Shown: positions 27,661 to 38,422, counted from the stretch's first letter. The stretch: 64,000 nt of DNA from an uncultured Alphaproteobacteria bacterium (GCA_964587105.1 CAZPKG010000011.1:28309-92308); one strand, 5' to 3'. Notes: generated by a model from the letters alone, not told the origin. A program made the numbers and translations.

Positions 27661-28914
27661 CTACTTCAGCAAAACGACTTTCTGTGTTGCGTTAAAGGTT
27701 GGTGTTTCGAGTTTAATAAAATATGTTCCGGACGACAGACCGTTGCCATTAAATTGCATCTGATGACTTCCTGCCGCGAGTTTGCCGTCGTACAATGTAT
27801 TTGTCATTCTCCCCAGCACATCATAGACCACCAACCGTCCCGTGACTTCGCGCGGCAAATCGAAACTGATGTTCGCCGTGTTGTTGAACGGGTTGGGGTA
27901 GATGGGATGGAGAGAGAATTGGGAGACGACGGTGTTGGGAGTCTCAATAATCGGTAAGGCGGTCGAAATATCAAAGATCTCGACTCCGAATAAATCGTTG
28001 ACATAGACAATATTGTCATCGAGAATCAATTGGTGGCTGTACCAGCTCAAGCGATGCCAGCCGACGTTTTGAAAATTCGCAGGATCAGCAACGCTGTAAA
28101 TTTGCAGACCCGGCAACCCTTTTGCCGTCGCAGCCACAACATCGCCGACAGCCTGAATATCCGTGAACATCACATCGGTTTGATGGAAGTCGCCAATGAG
28201 CAAAGGTGTTGTCGGCTCAGAGATGTCAATAACCTCAATTCGACCCCAATAGGTTGTGGTGAACGCGCGATTACCGGAAACCGAGATGTCATAGGCCCCA
28301 TACGAAGTCCGATAGACACCGACTTCAGTTGGGATTGTGATGTCACTGATGTCAAGGATTCGCACGCCACTGTCAGCACAAGCGACGTAAGCGTAGTTGC
28401 CGACGACGTCAACATCTACCGGATAGCTACTCCAGAAATCTCCCGGCGGATCATACGTACCAACAAGTTCCGGCGCGGTTGGAATGCTAAGGTCGAGAAT
28501 GGACAGAGTCGTGGTGCCAGCCAAAAAAGCATGTGTGCCGAAAACTTTGACTTTCCAACTTGAAACATCCGAGACTCCGACTTCAACCGGTGCCGCAGGA
28601 TTCACGATGCTGATGATGTGAAGGCCATCTGATGCGCCGGAGACATAGGCGTAGTCACCCAATAGCGCTACGTCAAATAACGATTCGTCCGATTCCAGAA
28701 AGGAAATCTCTGTCCATTCCGCCGGTTCGCGGGCATCCAAGACGTGCAAACCCTGACCGCCTTCCGCCGCGTAAATGAATCCGTCGCGAACGGCAATTTG
28801 CCCCAACTCCGGCCCGCTCGCAATGCTAATCCGTGACAGCAGGCTCGTATTCAAACTATCCTGACCAAAGACGAAGAGTGGCAGACAAAGCAAAGCAAAA
28901 ATGAAGCTGCGCAT
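27661..28914 (-). CDS. LVIVD-repeat beta-propeller protein with T9SS CTD
   Basis: Signal peptide MRSFIFALLCLPLFVFGQ. LVIVD-type repeats (YAYVA..GL.I.DIS.P..P). Its CTD is near-identical to those of 21298-22152 and 26038-27489. Confidence 0.8.
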   Translation of the reverse strand: MRSFIFALLCLPLFVFGQDSLNTSLLSRISIASGPELGQIAVRDGFIYAAEGGQGLHVLDAREPAEWTEISFLESDESLFDVALLGDYAYVSGASDGLHIISIVNPAAPVEVGVSDVSSWKVKVFGTHAFLAGTTTLSILDLSIPTAPELVGTYDPPGDFWSSYPVDVDVVGNYAYVACADSGVRILDISDITIPTEVGVYRTSYGAYDISVSGNRAFTTTYWGRIEVIDISEPTTPLLIGDFHQTDVMFTDIQAVGDVVAATAKGLPGLQIYSVADPANFQNVGWHRLSWYSHQLILDDNIVYVNDLFGVEIFDISTALPIIETPNTVVSQFSLHPIYPNPFNNTANISFDLPREVTGRLVVYDVLGRMTNTLYDGKLAAGSHQMQFNGNGLSSGTYFIKLETPTFNATQKVVLLK

Positions 28915-29039
28915 AGCCGAATCCTCCGTTTAGTGTTAAAACTATCCAACTGCAAGATAAGGCCCAATTTCCCCAGAGTCAATGTTTCACTAACCGAAAT
29001 TTTTCAGATTCCGGTCGGGTTGCGGCAGACCTTAACCCG

Positions 29040-29260
29040 ACTCGGCGAATCAGCGGTCGTCATTCTGAAGGTTTCAGCAGAAACCTGAAGAATCTCTCTG
29101 ATTCCGGCGGGGAATCCCCACCGGGACAGGCCGCTGCGCTAAATCCCCGCTCGGCGATCACGCCCGCAATCAGCAGAGGGGTTCTTCACTACGCCGAGCC
29201 TACGTTCAGAATGACGACGGAAGGAATGCCGAGCCTTCATTCAGAATGACGACGATCTTA
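29040..29260. repeat. Nested composite of MITE-like repeats upstream of portal gene
   Basis: Inverted ends cgtcattctgaag / ttcagaatgacgacg (the latter tandemly duplicated). Internal GATTCCGGCGGGGAATCCCC...CCGCTGCGCTAAATCCCCGCTCGGC element (29100-29156). No ORF. Confidence 0.65.
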
Positions 29261-29302
29261 AAATATCAACTGCAACCCCAATAACCCCAAAAAAAACCCA
29301 CC

Positions 29303-30595
29303 ATGATCTCCTTTTTCAAGAAAAACAACCTCCAAGAACTTCCAGCGCGGGTTTCAACACAGCGCGCAACCAACTACAAACCCGTTCCCGTGCCCAATGA
29401 GGCCATTTCGCCACCGAGAAGTGTGACCGGCAATCTGTTCACGGCCACGCTCGATGGCAACGAATTCATCTGGACCGGAACGAACCGTGCCGAGTTCTAT
29501 CGCTACTTGCGCGATCATGTGCCGATAATTTCATCGGCGGTGTGGGCGTGGGTGCATCTGTGCGCGACGCCGCAAAGCTATACACTGACCGGAAGCGAAG
29601 ACGAAAAGCGTAAGGCTGATGCAATATTGTCGGCGCTCGACAAACGGATGCTTGAAAATCCGCTCGTGCGGCGCGGTGGTATCGCGCATGTGACCGAGCA
29701 ATTCTTTCTCGAACTCTTCACAACCGGAAGATTCTGCGGCGAAATCATTCCACTTCCCGACGGCAAAGGAATTGATTACTTCCACACGATTGACGCCGAC
29801 TTGATTCAATGGGAGCGCGACGGAAAATGGAAAGCCTATCTCGAAGATGACAAAGGCAAGCGCACATATTTGAATCCGGCGCGGTTTTTCTACGCGTCGC
29901 TCGGCAGTGACATTCACAATCCGCGCGGGATTGAGCCGCTGGCGTCGATTCCGTTTGTGGCGCAAATTCAGGAGGCGATGCTCTCGGACATGGCCCGCAG
30001 CGCACGGATGGCCGGAACGCCGCGCTTGCAAATCAAAGTCACTCCGCCCAAAGCCTACCAGCATGAAACGGACAAAGAGTATCAGGCACGCGCGAACAGA
30101 TATTTCGACGATACAGTGTCGCAATTCCGCAAGCTTGACCCTGATGACAACATCTTCACATGGGACGACGTGGAAATCACGCTAATCGGCGGCGACACGA
30201 ACCGCAATTTTACGTGGCGATTAAACCGCGAGCAGGTGATTGAAGACGTGATTACAGGATTGCGATTGTATCCGTGGGTGCTGGGTCGTTCGCATGGCAC
30301 CACGAAAAACTGGGTTGAAGCGCAGTTCAATCTGCTGATGCAAATTGTCGATTCGGTGCAAAATCTCGGCAAGAGTCTCGGTAATTTTCTGCGCAATACG
30401 GAGCTTTCCATGCAGGGCAATCTGTGCAAATCCGAACATGTCTTTGAACCAAACCAAGACCCGTTTCAGCTTTCGAGAATGCAGGCCCGCAACATCGAGT
30501 TTGACACAATTGACAAAAAGGTCAAGCGCGGTTACATCTCCAAAGACGACGGCGCGCGAGAGTTGGGTTATCAGAAGGCGTTTAGCTCGGAATAG
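29303..30595 (+). CDS. Phage portal protein (HK97-family-like)
   Basis: 430 aa. Portal signature region PIISSAVWAWVHLCATPQSY matches the conserved SAV(Y/W)AC(V)RLI block of HK97-type portals. Plus strand, like the other phage head genes. Confidence 0.6.
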   Translation: MISFFKKNNLQELPARVSTQRATNYKPVPVPNEAISPPRSVTGNLFTATLDGNEFIWTGTNRAEFYRYLRDHVPIISSAVWAWVHLCATPQSYTLTGSEDEKRKADAILSALDKRMLENPLVRRGGIAHVTEQFFLELFTTGRFCGEIIPLPDGKGIDYFHTIDADLIQWERDGKWKAYLEDDKGKRTYLNPARFFYASLGSDIHNPRGIEPLASIPFVAQIQEAMLSDMARSARMAGTPRLQIKVTPPKAYQHETDKEYQARANRYFDDTVSQFRKLDPDDNIFTWDDVEITLIGGDTNRNFTWRLNREQVIEDVITGLRLYPWVLGRSHGTTKNWVEAQFNLLMQIVDSVQNLGKSLGNFLRNTELSMQGNLCKSEHVFEPNQDPFQLSRMQARNIEFDTIDKKVKRGYISKDDGARELGYQKAFSSE

Positions 30596-30598
30596 AAA

Positions 30599-30650
30599 CA
30601 GGGCACCACACCTGTGATGCCCTGAAAAAACTACCGGCGGCCTCCGGCCG
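30599..30650. terminator. Bidirectional terminator region (two GC hairpins around an A/T run) between portal gene and minus-strand PPC-protein gene
   Basis: cagggcaccacacctgtgatgccctg-aaaaaa-ctaccggcggcctccggccg. The first hairpin recurs almost verbatim at 36883-36908. Confidence 0.55.
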
Positions 30651-30664
30651 TCCTCAAGAATCGC

Positions 30665-32659
30665 TTACTGCTGACAGCCGTTCAGCGTCACGACAAAGCG
30701 GCCGGACTGGTCGGGAGCGGCGATTTCATAATTTTCATAACGTCCTGCGACATTGGCCTGAAATTGCTCGAGCGGAACAAAGCCCGCCGGAAATTCGGTC
30801 GCGGGATTGGTCGAATAGTGAATCGTTACTGTTCCCGGCGTCGGGACATAGAAATTCAGGAACACGCTGAAGTCTTCAAACGGCTCGATAGTCAGGCTGT
30901 CAATCGGCGGACATTGGCACGGTTCTACCGATAATGTGAAATCGTTTGTGCAGAACGGCGGCCCTTCGTTGCCGTCATTTTCCACCAGCACAAAAACCTT
31001 CCCCGAGTCCAGCTCAATACAATCAAGCTGTGCCAAACCGTTCACACAGCCGCCGTTGCTTTGCGCGATGATGAAAGGATTGTTGTCACAGCAGGAAGAC
31101 ATCACGGTCATCATGCTGGTCCACGGTTCCGTGCTTGAGCAGAGCGACAACGTGTAGCTTCCGTGTTCGGGAATATCTACGCGCACGAGTCGGTCATCTG
31201 TGTCCACCTGCTGTTGAATATCAAGCGTGCAATCATCGCCTTCGCCGCAGGTGTTGCTCGAATAGCTGCCGGGCAATACCGTGATGGCTCCGTCTTCACC
31301 GCAGACGGGAAATGCATCCACGCGCAGACGATAATTCAACGGATCGGGCATCGCCGTGTCTTGTTGCGACTCAATCCACATTTCATAGTTCCCAGCAGGC
31401 AGAATATAAAATGGTGAACCTCTGTCAACATCGGTGGTCGTTGAACAGGCAGGGCCGGTGTAGTAATAGTAATAGGTCGGTTGACACAAAGCCGGTTTGA
31501 GATGAATTTGCCACGGAAACTCCGCCGACACCGTGGCGGCTAAACTGCACGTCTGTGCGAGATTGAAGCGGAACCAATCCCCATCCGAGAGCGCTTGCGT
31601 TCCGCGATAGGTGAAGATTCGCCCATAGATAGTCTGACCGATGGTGTAGGTTTGAAAAGTCGGTGTGCCGCCCCAGATGGCGTTGTAGCAACCGCCGTTG
31701 CAATCTGTGGATTGATGCGGTGTTCCCGGTGTTTCAGGTGCGCAGTCAAGCAAATCACCGGGTTGCTGAACGACTTCACAAACGGGAAAAACCTCTAACG
31801 TATAAGCACCGGAACGAGTACTCTGATCATCCACAACCAAGTAATAAGTGACATTGGCAATCGCCTTAAAAGCGAGCGACGCTCCGTATCCGTTGGATCC
31901 AAGATTACACTCGACGTAAGTCCCCGGACAAGTCGGCCCTGAGCGCAAAACCAATTCGCGGAGGTGCGGCCCTTCTTCGTTGATCAATTTGGCCACGATA
32001 TTCTGAGTGGTGGGAAGCGTCAGTCTGTAAATGACATCCGGCGCGTTTTGTCCGCCGCAGTCATTGGACGAAAAGTTGTTCGCGCGTCCGACGGTCGTGC
32101 CGTAGTCGGTGTAGGGCAATGACGGAATAAGTGTCGCCGGACAGCTATCCGCTTCGCATGTGTCACAGGCTTGCGAAATGTTGAGCGTGTAATTTCCGGC
32201 CAGACCATCCTGACCGTCCACGATGATAAAGTAGGTTGAGGAGGCCGTTAACTGTACGTCAATCACTCCCTGCGAATTACTCGGATTGAAGTGACAATAC
32301 ACTTGGGTATTGCCCGGACACGCGCCGCCAGTATTGACGGCAAGAACTCCGAGATAGTTGGTGGTAATCAGTATCGTGTAAATTGCCGTCGTCGTCGGCG
32401 TGTACTGATAGACGACATCACCGGAAAACAGACCTGAGCAGAAGCTGAAGTTATTTGCCCGGCCCGCCGTTGTTCCACTGTCCGTATAGGGCAAGGCCGC
32501 AATCACCGTCGCCGGACAATTGTCCGCACCTTGGTCAAGCGGATTGGCGCCTTGCCTATCGCGCTGCTCGTCCGCCGCGAACAATGCTACGCTCGCGCAC
32601 AAAATTACGATGCAAGTCAGAAATCTGAACACGTTGTTCTCCCCGGTTACTTTTTCCAC
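30665..32659 (-). CDS. Secreted protein with three PPC-like domains and a C-terminal Fn3-like domain
   Basis: Signal peptide. ANPLDQGADNCPATVIAALPYTDSGTTAGRANNF domain repeated three times. C-terminus IHYSTNPATEFPAGF...VVTLNGC. Confidence 0.7.
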   Translation of the reverse strand: MEKVTGENNVFRFLTCIVILCASVALFAADEQRDRQGANPLDQGADNCPATVIAALPYTDSGTTAGRANNFSFCSGLFSGDVVYQYTPTTTAIYTILITTNYLGVLAVNTGGACPGNTQVYCHFNPSNSQGVIDVQLTASSTYFIIVDGQDGLAGNYTLNISQACDTCEADSCPATLIPSLPYTDYGTTVGRANNFSSNDCGGQNAPDVIYRLTLPTTQNIVAKLINEEGPHLRELVLRSGPTCPGTYVECNLGSNGYGASLAFKAIANVTYYLVVDDQSTRSGAYTLEVFPVCEVVQQPGDLLDCAPETPGTPHQSTDCNGGCYNAIWGGTPTFQTYTIGQTIYGRIFTYRGTQALSDGDWFRFNLAQTCSLAATVSAEFPWQIHLKPALCQPTYYYYYTGPACSTTTDVDRGSPFYILPAGNYEMWIESQQDTAMPDPLNYRLRVDAFPVCGEDGAITVLPGSYSSNTCGEGDDCTLDIQQQVDTDDRLVRVDIPEHGSYTLSLCSSTEPWTSMMTVMSSCCDNNPFIIAQSNGGCVNGLAQLDCIELDSGKVFVLVENDGNEGPPFCTNDFTLSVEPCQCPPIDSLTIEPFEDFSVFLNFYVPTPGTVTIHYSTNPATEFPAGFVPLEQFQANVAGRYENYEIAAPDQSGRFVVTLNGCQQ

Positions 32660-32700
32660 ACATTACTGCATATTCATCCACACGGCAAATTCAGTTTTTC

Positions 32701-35196
32701 TTACGGACAAACTTTCACGATAACGTAATTGCGATACGCGCTTGTGACATCCAAGTCAGTCCAAAGCGTCAAACCGGCCGGACCAAACAAAGTCGCGCGC
32801 TGTCCCCATTGGGGATCGCCGCCGCGCGGGTCGCCGTCGTTGTTGGGTATGTTCGTGCTGAAAATGTCGTAGGTTCCGCCGTCGGAGATGTAACGAATTT
32901 CAGCTTGGCCAGCGGTGTTCCAACGAATTGTCACGCTGTCCGGCGGCAGGCAAGGAGTTGCAGCGCACGATACAAGCACATTGATGTCGCCGCACGCGCC
33001 CCAAGCCTGTGAGACATGCAGGTAATAGGTCCCCGGAGTGAGTTCAACCGTGCCATGCTCTTCCCAACGGTTGCCCGTCGGATGCTGTGACGTGTTGTTT
33101 TGATCCTGTGCAAACACACAACTCGTTCGGGGCAAAACACAATCCGTAAACAACGAGAATTGCACGTCGCCGTTAGTATCTACGGACGCTATATCAAAAG
33201 TATATTCCGCAGTGGTGGGAACGTCAATCCGGAAGAACTTCTGCGGACCTGTGCCTGCGCGGTCTCCGTCGCCGCAGCCATTACGATACGTCTGACAAAT
33301 CGGCGAGGAACAGCCGTCGCAGGTATTCACGAGCGTCGGTACGTTGCACTCAATCGCTGGAGCCGTCACACAGGCAACTGGATCGCATTCGTCGTATGGA
33401 ACTGCAATGGAGTCCACAAGAACTTTGTAAGGACCTGTGTAGCAGTCGCCCAATCCGGCAACTACCACTGCCACAGTTTCCGGTCCGCAGCCGGATATCC
33501 AACTGCATGTGTTGCAAGGATCGGTGACGTAGCAACCGTTTACATTGACAAAAGAAATTCCCATGTCGGCGCCGCCGATGTCACAATTAGGTCCGGCTTG
33601 CACGCCGATAATATTCCAGCGGTCTTCTGGTGTGACTACCCAATAGAAGTCACGGTCGCCCGGTTCACATATGGTACCGGCCACAGCATCACCGAAGACA
33701 AGGGTATCAGGATCAAACTGCAGCGGATTACATGAATTGTTCGGTTCTGTCTCCGTATCCGGCAACGGACAAAGCTCTCCGATGTTGCAGGCTTCAACAG
33801 CCGTTTCATACATATCGAAAACGAACGGCCCGAACGAGCTTGCGCTGGTGCCGTCCACAACGATACAGTAGTCATGTCCCTGCTCAAATTCAAAACAGTA
33901 AATCGCGGCATTCTGCCAGAAGCCGCCGAAGAACGTGTAACATGAGCGCGGACCGCACTGGTAAAACGGAGAGTTGGTGTCGCCGTCGCGGAAAATGTAG
34001 AGACTCGACCCAAACAGCGTGTTGCCGCAAGTCAGAATGTCGGCAAGGTGAGTCGTTGACGGAGTGTAGCTAAACACGATATCCGGTGCGCCGTCTTCGT
34101 AAGAACAGAAATTGTAGTCGTTGGTCATGCCCATCGTCGTGCCGCTGTAACTGAAGGGCAGTGAATTGATGGCGATGGCGTCATTACATGTTTCGCCGCT
34201 GCCGTTAGAGCAAGGCGTGTAATCGCATCCACCACCTTCGTAGATTTTGAGCGTATAGTCGCCACCGTCACCCGATCTGCCGTCCACATAAATGTAGTAT
34301 TGGAATCCGACATAGACATCCACTCCCGTGATGCAGCTGTTGTTACCTTCATAGACTGTCGGACAGCCGAGCAGATAAGAATCGTAGCATCCCGTTGTGG
34401 ACTCATGAATTTCTACATAGGTTTCAAAGGTGGCGCTGGAAAGTGAAATGCCGAGAAATTGATCTTGTGTGGGGATGTATTCATAGACTACGTCCGGTCC
34501 GCCAAAATCTGAATCGCAGGATGGTGAGAAGTCATTCTGATAAAGCGAAGAATTGCGCGCGTCGCAGTAGGGGAGAGTGCTCAAAGAAATGGGATTATCG
34601 CAATTGACACCCGTCTCGTTACACGGAGTGCTCGGGCAGTTGAATCCTTCCACAACATGCAAAACGTAGTCTCCGGATTCTCCCCAATCGCCGTCGGCTA
34701 CGATGTAGTAGGTATAGCCTGAATAAACGGTGATGCCTTCTATACAACTCGTTGGGACATTGTTGTTGCAGTCGTAGAACCACATGTCGTTGCAATCCGT
34801 ATCGGTTTCATAGACCTGTAAGTAAGTGCTGTACGTTCCGGAAGCCAAGGAAATGGAAACGACCATGTCCGACGGCGGAGAATAGACATAGACAACATCC
34901 GGCGCTCCGGTAACCCCAAGGCACTCTTCATAATAATCGTCGTTGTAACCGGCCGTTGTTCCCTGATCACAATACGGCAGAGACGAAATTACTGTCGCGT
35001 TACCGCAATCGTCGCCACCTTGATCAAGCGGAGTGCGAGGACGTTCGGAGCGTGGTGAATTGGAGATTTTCTGTTGCGTCGGTGTTACGAGCATCTGTGC
35101 GCTGCCATGAACCGTGACGACACGAGAAACAGATTTGTTCGTGTCTGCCCAAGCACTGGATGCAAGCACGAGAATGATAAGAATAGTTGAGCGCAT
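32701..35196 (-). CDS. Secreted protein with at least four PPC-like domains and a C-terminal Fn3-like domain
   Basis: Signal peptide MRSTILIILVLASSAWA. Repeated D(D/G)C..A..I..LPY.D.GTT.G..DDY / Y.TYL.V.E....C... / YYIVADG....G.Y.L units. C-terminal Fn3-like end. Confidence 0.75.
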   Translation of the reverse strand: MRSTILIILVLASSAWADTNKSVSRVVTVHGSAQMLVTPTQQKISNSPRSERPRTPLDQGGDDCGNATVISSLPYCDQGTTAGYNDDYYEECLGVTGAPDVVYVYSPPSDMVVSISLASGTYSTYLQVYETDTDCNDMWFYDCNNNVPTSCIEGITVYSGYTYYIVADGDWGESGDYVLHVVEGFNCPSTPCNETGVNCDNPISLSTLPYCDARNSSLYQNDFSPSCDSDFGGPDVVYEYIPTQDQFLGISLSSATFETYVEIHESTTGCYDSYLLGCPTVYEGNNSCITGVDVYVGFQYYIYVDGRSGDGGDYTLKIYEGGGCDYTPCSNGSGETCNDAIAINSLPFSYSGTTMGMTNDYNFCSYEDGAPDIVFSYTPSTTHLADILTCGNTLFGSSLYIFRDGDTNSPFYQCGPRSCYTFFGGFWQNAAIYCFEFEQGHDYCIVVDGTSASSFGPFVFDMYETAVEACNIGELCPLPDTETEPNNSCNPLQFDPDTLVFGDAVAGTICEPGDRDFYWVVTPEDRWNIIGVQAGPNCDIGGADMGISFVNVNGCYVTDPCNTCSWISGCGPETVAVVVAGLGDCYTGPYKVLVDSIAVPYDECDPVACVTAPAIECNVPTLVNTCDGCSSPICQTYRNGCGDGDRAGTGPQKFFRIDVPTTAEYTFDIASVDTNGDVQFSLFTDCVLPRTSCVFAQDQNNTSQHPTGNRWEEHGTVELTPGTYYLHVSQAWGACGDINVLVSCAATPCLPPDSVTIRWNTAGQAEIRYISDGGTYDIFSTNIPNNDGDPRGGDPQWGQRATLFGPAGLTLWTDLDVTSAYRNYVIVKVCP

Positions 35197-35460
35197 GTTT
35201 TCTATCCCCAGCTATCATGAATGAACTTTATTGCAAACGAAAACCGCGCGCCGTGAAGGGCGTGCGGTACTGACAAATATTACGAACCCAGCAATCTACG
35301 CTGTATAATGTAATATAGTGAAGAAATGTTAGCGGTCAAGAGTAATGTTACTGTTTAAGAACCTTTTGTTAAAAATGCAGCTTGTTGTTAAATAGACCCT
35401 TAAAACAAAACGGCCCGACCAAATGGCCGAGCCGAGGATCGCCGGAATGGAAATCAAATG

Positions 35461-36768
35461 TCATTTCCCGATTGCGCGATTGCAGAACTCTAATATCTTC
35501 GGAAAGAAATCGGGATGGAGTTCTGTGAAAGGAGTTCCGATGAATGCAATCGCCTGCGTGCCGGGATTGGTGAAACCATGATCCATGCCTTCAATTGCAA
35601 CGAACTGAGCTCTACCCGGATGATAGAAATTCACGATATCGCGCGCGTATTCATGTTCTTCCTGTGCCACCACAAAATCCGCCGTGCCACAAACGAACAA
35701 AACCGGCGCATCGACTTTCTTCCAGTAGTCGGCTAAACTCAAATCCGCAACTTCCTGCATGAATGTGTAGTGCGCCGGATATTGCAAATCTCCGGCAAGC
35801 GCTGAATCCTCGGCAAGAATCTGATCGGGTGTCTGATGTTCCACAAACAGCTTCTGCATGGCGGTGTATTTCGTGTCGAGCATGATTTCAATCGAGTCGT
35901 AAGGTGTTCCGGCAAGAACAAGTTGACGGCGGTTGTTTTTCATCTCGTATTCTTTCCAATCAATTCCCGAAGTCGCCACCGCCACGATTGCCGCGCACGG
36001 AATGTCTTGATAGACCACGGGTGAGGTCAAGCCGCCCATCGAGTGACCGAAATAGATCAGCTTTGATCTGTCAATCCACTTGAAACGGTCAAGCGATTTG
36101 ACGCCTTCGGTTAGGCCGTGTGTTTCATCAAAGAAGCTCTGCTGTGCGCACGGTTCGCCCTGCGAATCTCCCATGCCGGTTTTTTCGATGCGCACGGTTG
36201 CAAAACCATTGCGAGTGAATTTGTAGAGAATATCGCGATAGGCAAACGGCTGCTGCGGAGCAACATCCACACTGTAGCAACCAAGTCCGCCCATCAACAC
36301 AACCGTCGGAAACGGGCCATCCCCTTTAGGTTTGGTCAAAATAATTCTGCGCAAAAATCCGTCGATATTCGCGGCATCGTAGATAATTTCAAATTCATCT
36401 GAAGTTTCGCGCGGCGCTTCTTTCAAGCTGACAATTTTCGAGAGCACTTTGTCGGCGCGCAACACTTCAAACACGATGTCGGCTCCCGCGCCTTCGTTTT
36501 TCAAGAGCGGGCCGACGTCTTGCGGGCCGCGCAACGGCAAACCGTTGGCTGTGAGCAAAATGTCGCCGGACATAATTCCGGCATCTGCGGCGCTGGAACC
36601 GGGAAACACGTTGGGCAGCAAGACACCCGTTGTGAACTTACTGCTTGTGGCCGCAAGCTGTTCGGCGGTGGCGGGAGCAAGCTGTGCTCCGAACCATGCC
36701 CGGCGCGGAAGCGGGTCTTTGGCGAAGGCGCTGACGGCGAAGATTAGAATGAGAATAAGGTGCAGCAT
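35461..36768 (-). CDS. Secreted PDZ-domain alpha/beta-hydrolase (serine peptidase/esterase)
   Basis: Signal peptide. PDZ-like segment (GIMSGDILLTANGLPL). GHSMGG nucleophile elbow (GxSxG). Later Asp/His region (GTADFVV...GMDHGF). Confidence 0.8.
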   Translation of the reverse strand: MLHLILILIFAVSAFAKDPLPRRAWFGAQLAPATAEQLAATSSKFTTGVLLPNVFPGSSAADAGIMSGDILLTANGLPLRGPQDVGPLLKNEGAGADIVFEVLRADKVLSKIVSLKEAPRETSDEFEIIYDAANIDGFLRRIILTKPKGDGPFPTVVLMGGLGCYSVDVAPQQPFAYRDILYKFTRNGFATVRIEKTGMGDSQGEPCAQQSFFDETHGLTEGVKSLDRFKWIDRSKLIYFGHSMGGLTSPVVYQDIPCAAIVAVATSGIDWKEYEMKNNRRQLVLAGTPYDSIEIMLDTKYTAMQKLFVEHQTPDQILAEDSALAGDLQYPAHYTFMQEVADLSLADYWKKVDAPVLFVCGTADFVVAQEEHEYARDIVNFYHPGRAQFVAIEGMDHGFTNPGTQAIAFIGTPFTELHPDFFPKILEFCNRAIGK

Positions 36769-36848
36769 GGGGACTCCGATGTGGGACTGGTGGGGAATTA
36801 CTCAGTTGGAGTGGAAGAGAGATGAGAGGGTTGCACTATGATGTTAGG

Positions 36849-36867
36849 GGCACCCGCAGCGGGTGCC
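36849..36867. repeat. Palindrome GGCACCCGCAGCGGGTGCC (family 3)
   Basis: Perfect palindrome in the intergenic region. Confidence 0.8.
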
Positions 36868-36882
36868 GCCGCGAAAACAAAA

Positions 36883-36908
36883 AACAGGGCACCACTTGCG
36901 TGATGCCC
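36883..36908 (-). terminator. Rho-independent terminator after 36935-38422 gene
   Basis: aaaacaaaaaa-cagggcaccacttgcgtgatgccctg. Confidence 0.6.
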
Positions 36909-36934
36909 TGTTGAAACGAACGAGTGAAGATTGT

Positions 36935-38422
36935 TTACTTCATCAACAACATTTTGTGCGTTGAGCTGAAGCTGCCGGAACGGAGGACGTAGAAATACAA
37001 ACCGGTCGGCAATTGCGCGGCGTCGAACTGCACATTGTGCGAACCGGCTTCGACGCGGCCATTGACGAGACGAGCGACTTCGATACCGAGTGCATTGGTG
37101 ACGGTCAAAGTCACGTCAGATGCTTCGGGAACATCAAAGCTGATGGTCGTGCTCGGGTTGAACGGATTCGGATAGTTCTGATGCAACGCATACTCGGTGA
37201 TGATCGCGTTGTTGAACGTACCGGCTTCAACCGTGCGCGTGCCGTGGCTGCGGCGGATACCATTCACGTCTTGCGTGAAGAGTTCGTAGGTGTAAACTTG
37301 TCCGGCGACGACATTGCGATCCGTCCAGCTATATTCCGTGCGAGCGGAACTCAGACCAACACCGCGAACTTCGGCAACCTTTTCATTGTCGCGGAAGACG
37401 TCAAAATGATCGTTGCCGTTTTCTGAAGCGGTGGCCCAATCGAGATCAATCGCACCGTTGGAAGCAATGGCCGTGAAGCCCGCCATTTCAACAGCAAGCT
37501 GACGCTCGAAGAAGACGCAGAAGCAACCGTCGGTGTTCGCTTCAAAGATCGCGTGCCAGTAGCCGCCCGGAGCTTGGCATTCGATGCCCGTCGAATCATA
37601 AGAAGCAACCCAAGTCAAGCCGGTCGGAATGACCGTGCCGGGGCAAGCTTCAATCACGAACACAGGCTGACCGTCGTAGGGGCAGCACCAGTACACTTCG
37701 ATCGGGGTACCACAATACTCCAAGCAGAACGTGCTGCCGACTTCCACCCATTGCGGCGGCATCGGCGGGCAAGGCTGCTCAGTGAAGCAATCCGGCGGAA
37801 CAATCAAGACGCCGTGGTTGACGGTGCAGTTATCGAAGTTCTGATTGATCGCATCCACAATAGCGTTCAAGTCAGAAACATCAGTACCTGAAGGAAGACC
37901 ACTCAAGTCACCGCCGAGAACTGCGTTGGCCAAAGCGAGAATCTGATCCACCGAATAGCCTTCGAAATCGCCGTTGTCCACCAAGAGCATTCCGAAGTCA
38001 TTGAATCCAGCCACACCCGCATCGCCAAACGCGACGTTAATCGCAAGCGCGGTCACTTGACCCGCGAACACACCGGCGGTCGTGTTGCCGACGGGATCCA
38101 CATAGTTCTGGGTGAGCACATCGGGAGTTGAACCGGCGGGAAGAAAATCACGAACTGCATTTGAGCTCGTGTAGTGTATCGTGAAACCACCACCGACCGT
38201 CAAGCCGGCTGGGAATACGGTCGCGAAGTTGTCTTGCAGAATACATCCGGCGTTGCCGCCGTTGCACGCAGCGCCCCAACCGCCTTGCGTGCGGGTGCAG
38301 AAGTCACCCACGTCAATTACGCAATCATCGGGCTGGGCCAACGCCAGTCCGGACAGCAGCAAAATGCCACAAATTGTACCAATCAGTTTTTTCACGAACA
38401 TAGGCCTCTCCATAACGCTCAA
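36935..38422 (-). CDS. Secreted protein of unknown function with Fn3-like domain and T9SS CTD
   Basis: Signal peptide, with MFVKKLIGTICGILLLSGLALAQ the likely start (38401). C-terminus YALHQNYPNPFNPSTTISFDV...KMLLMK is a canonical T9SS CTD. Confidence 0.7.
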   Translation of the reverse strand: MSVMERPMFVKKLIGTICGILLLSGLALAQPDDCVIDVGDFCTRTQGGWGAACNGGNAGCILQDNFATVFPAGLTVGGGFTIHYTSSNAVRDFLPAGSTPDVLTQNYVDPVGNTTAGVFAGQVTALAINVAFGDAGVAGFNDFGMLLVDNGDFEGYSVDQILALANAVLGGDLSGLPSGTDVSDLNAIVDAINQNFDNCTVNHGVLIVPPDCFTEQPCPPMPPQWVEVGSTFCLEYCGTPIEVYWCCPYDGQPVFVIEACPGTVIPTGLTWVASYDSTGIECQAPGGYWHAIFEANTDGCFCVFFERQLAVEMAGFTAIASNGAIDLDWATASENGNDHFDVFRDNEKVAEVRGVGLSSARTEYSWTDRNVVAGQVYTYELFTQDVNGIRRSHGTRTVEAGTFNNAIITEYALHQNYPNPFNPSTTISFDVPEASDVTLTVTNALGIEVARLVNGRVEAGSHNVQFDAAQLPTGLYFYVLRSGSFSSTHKMLLMK

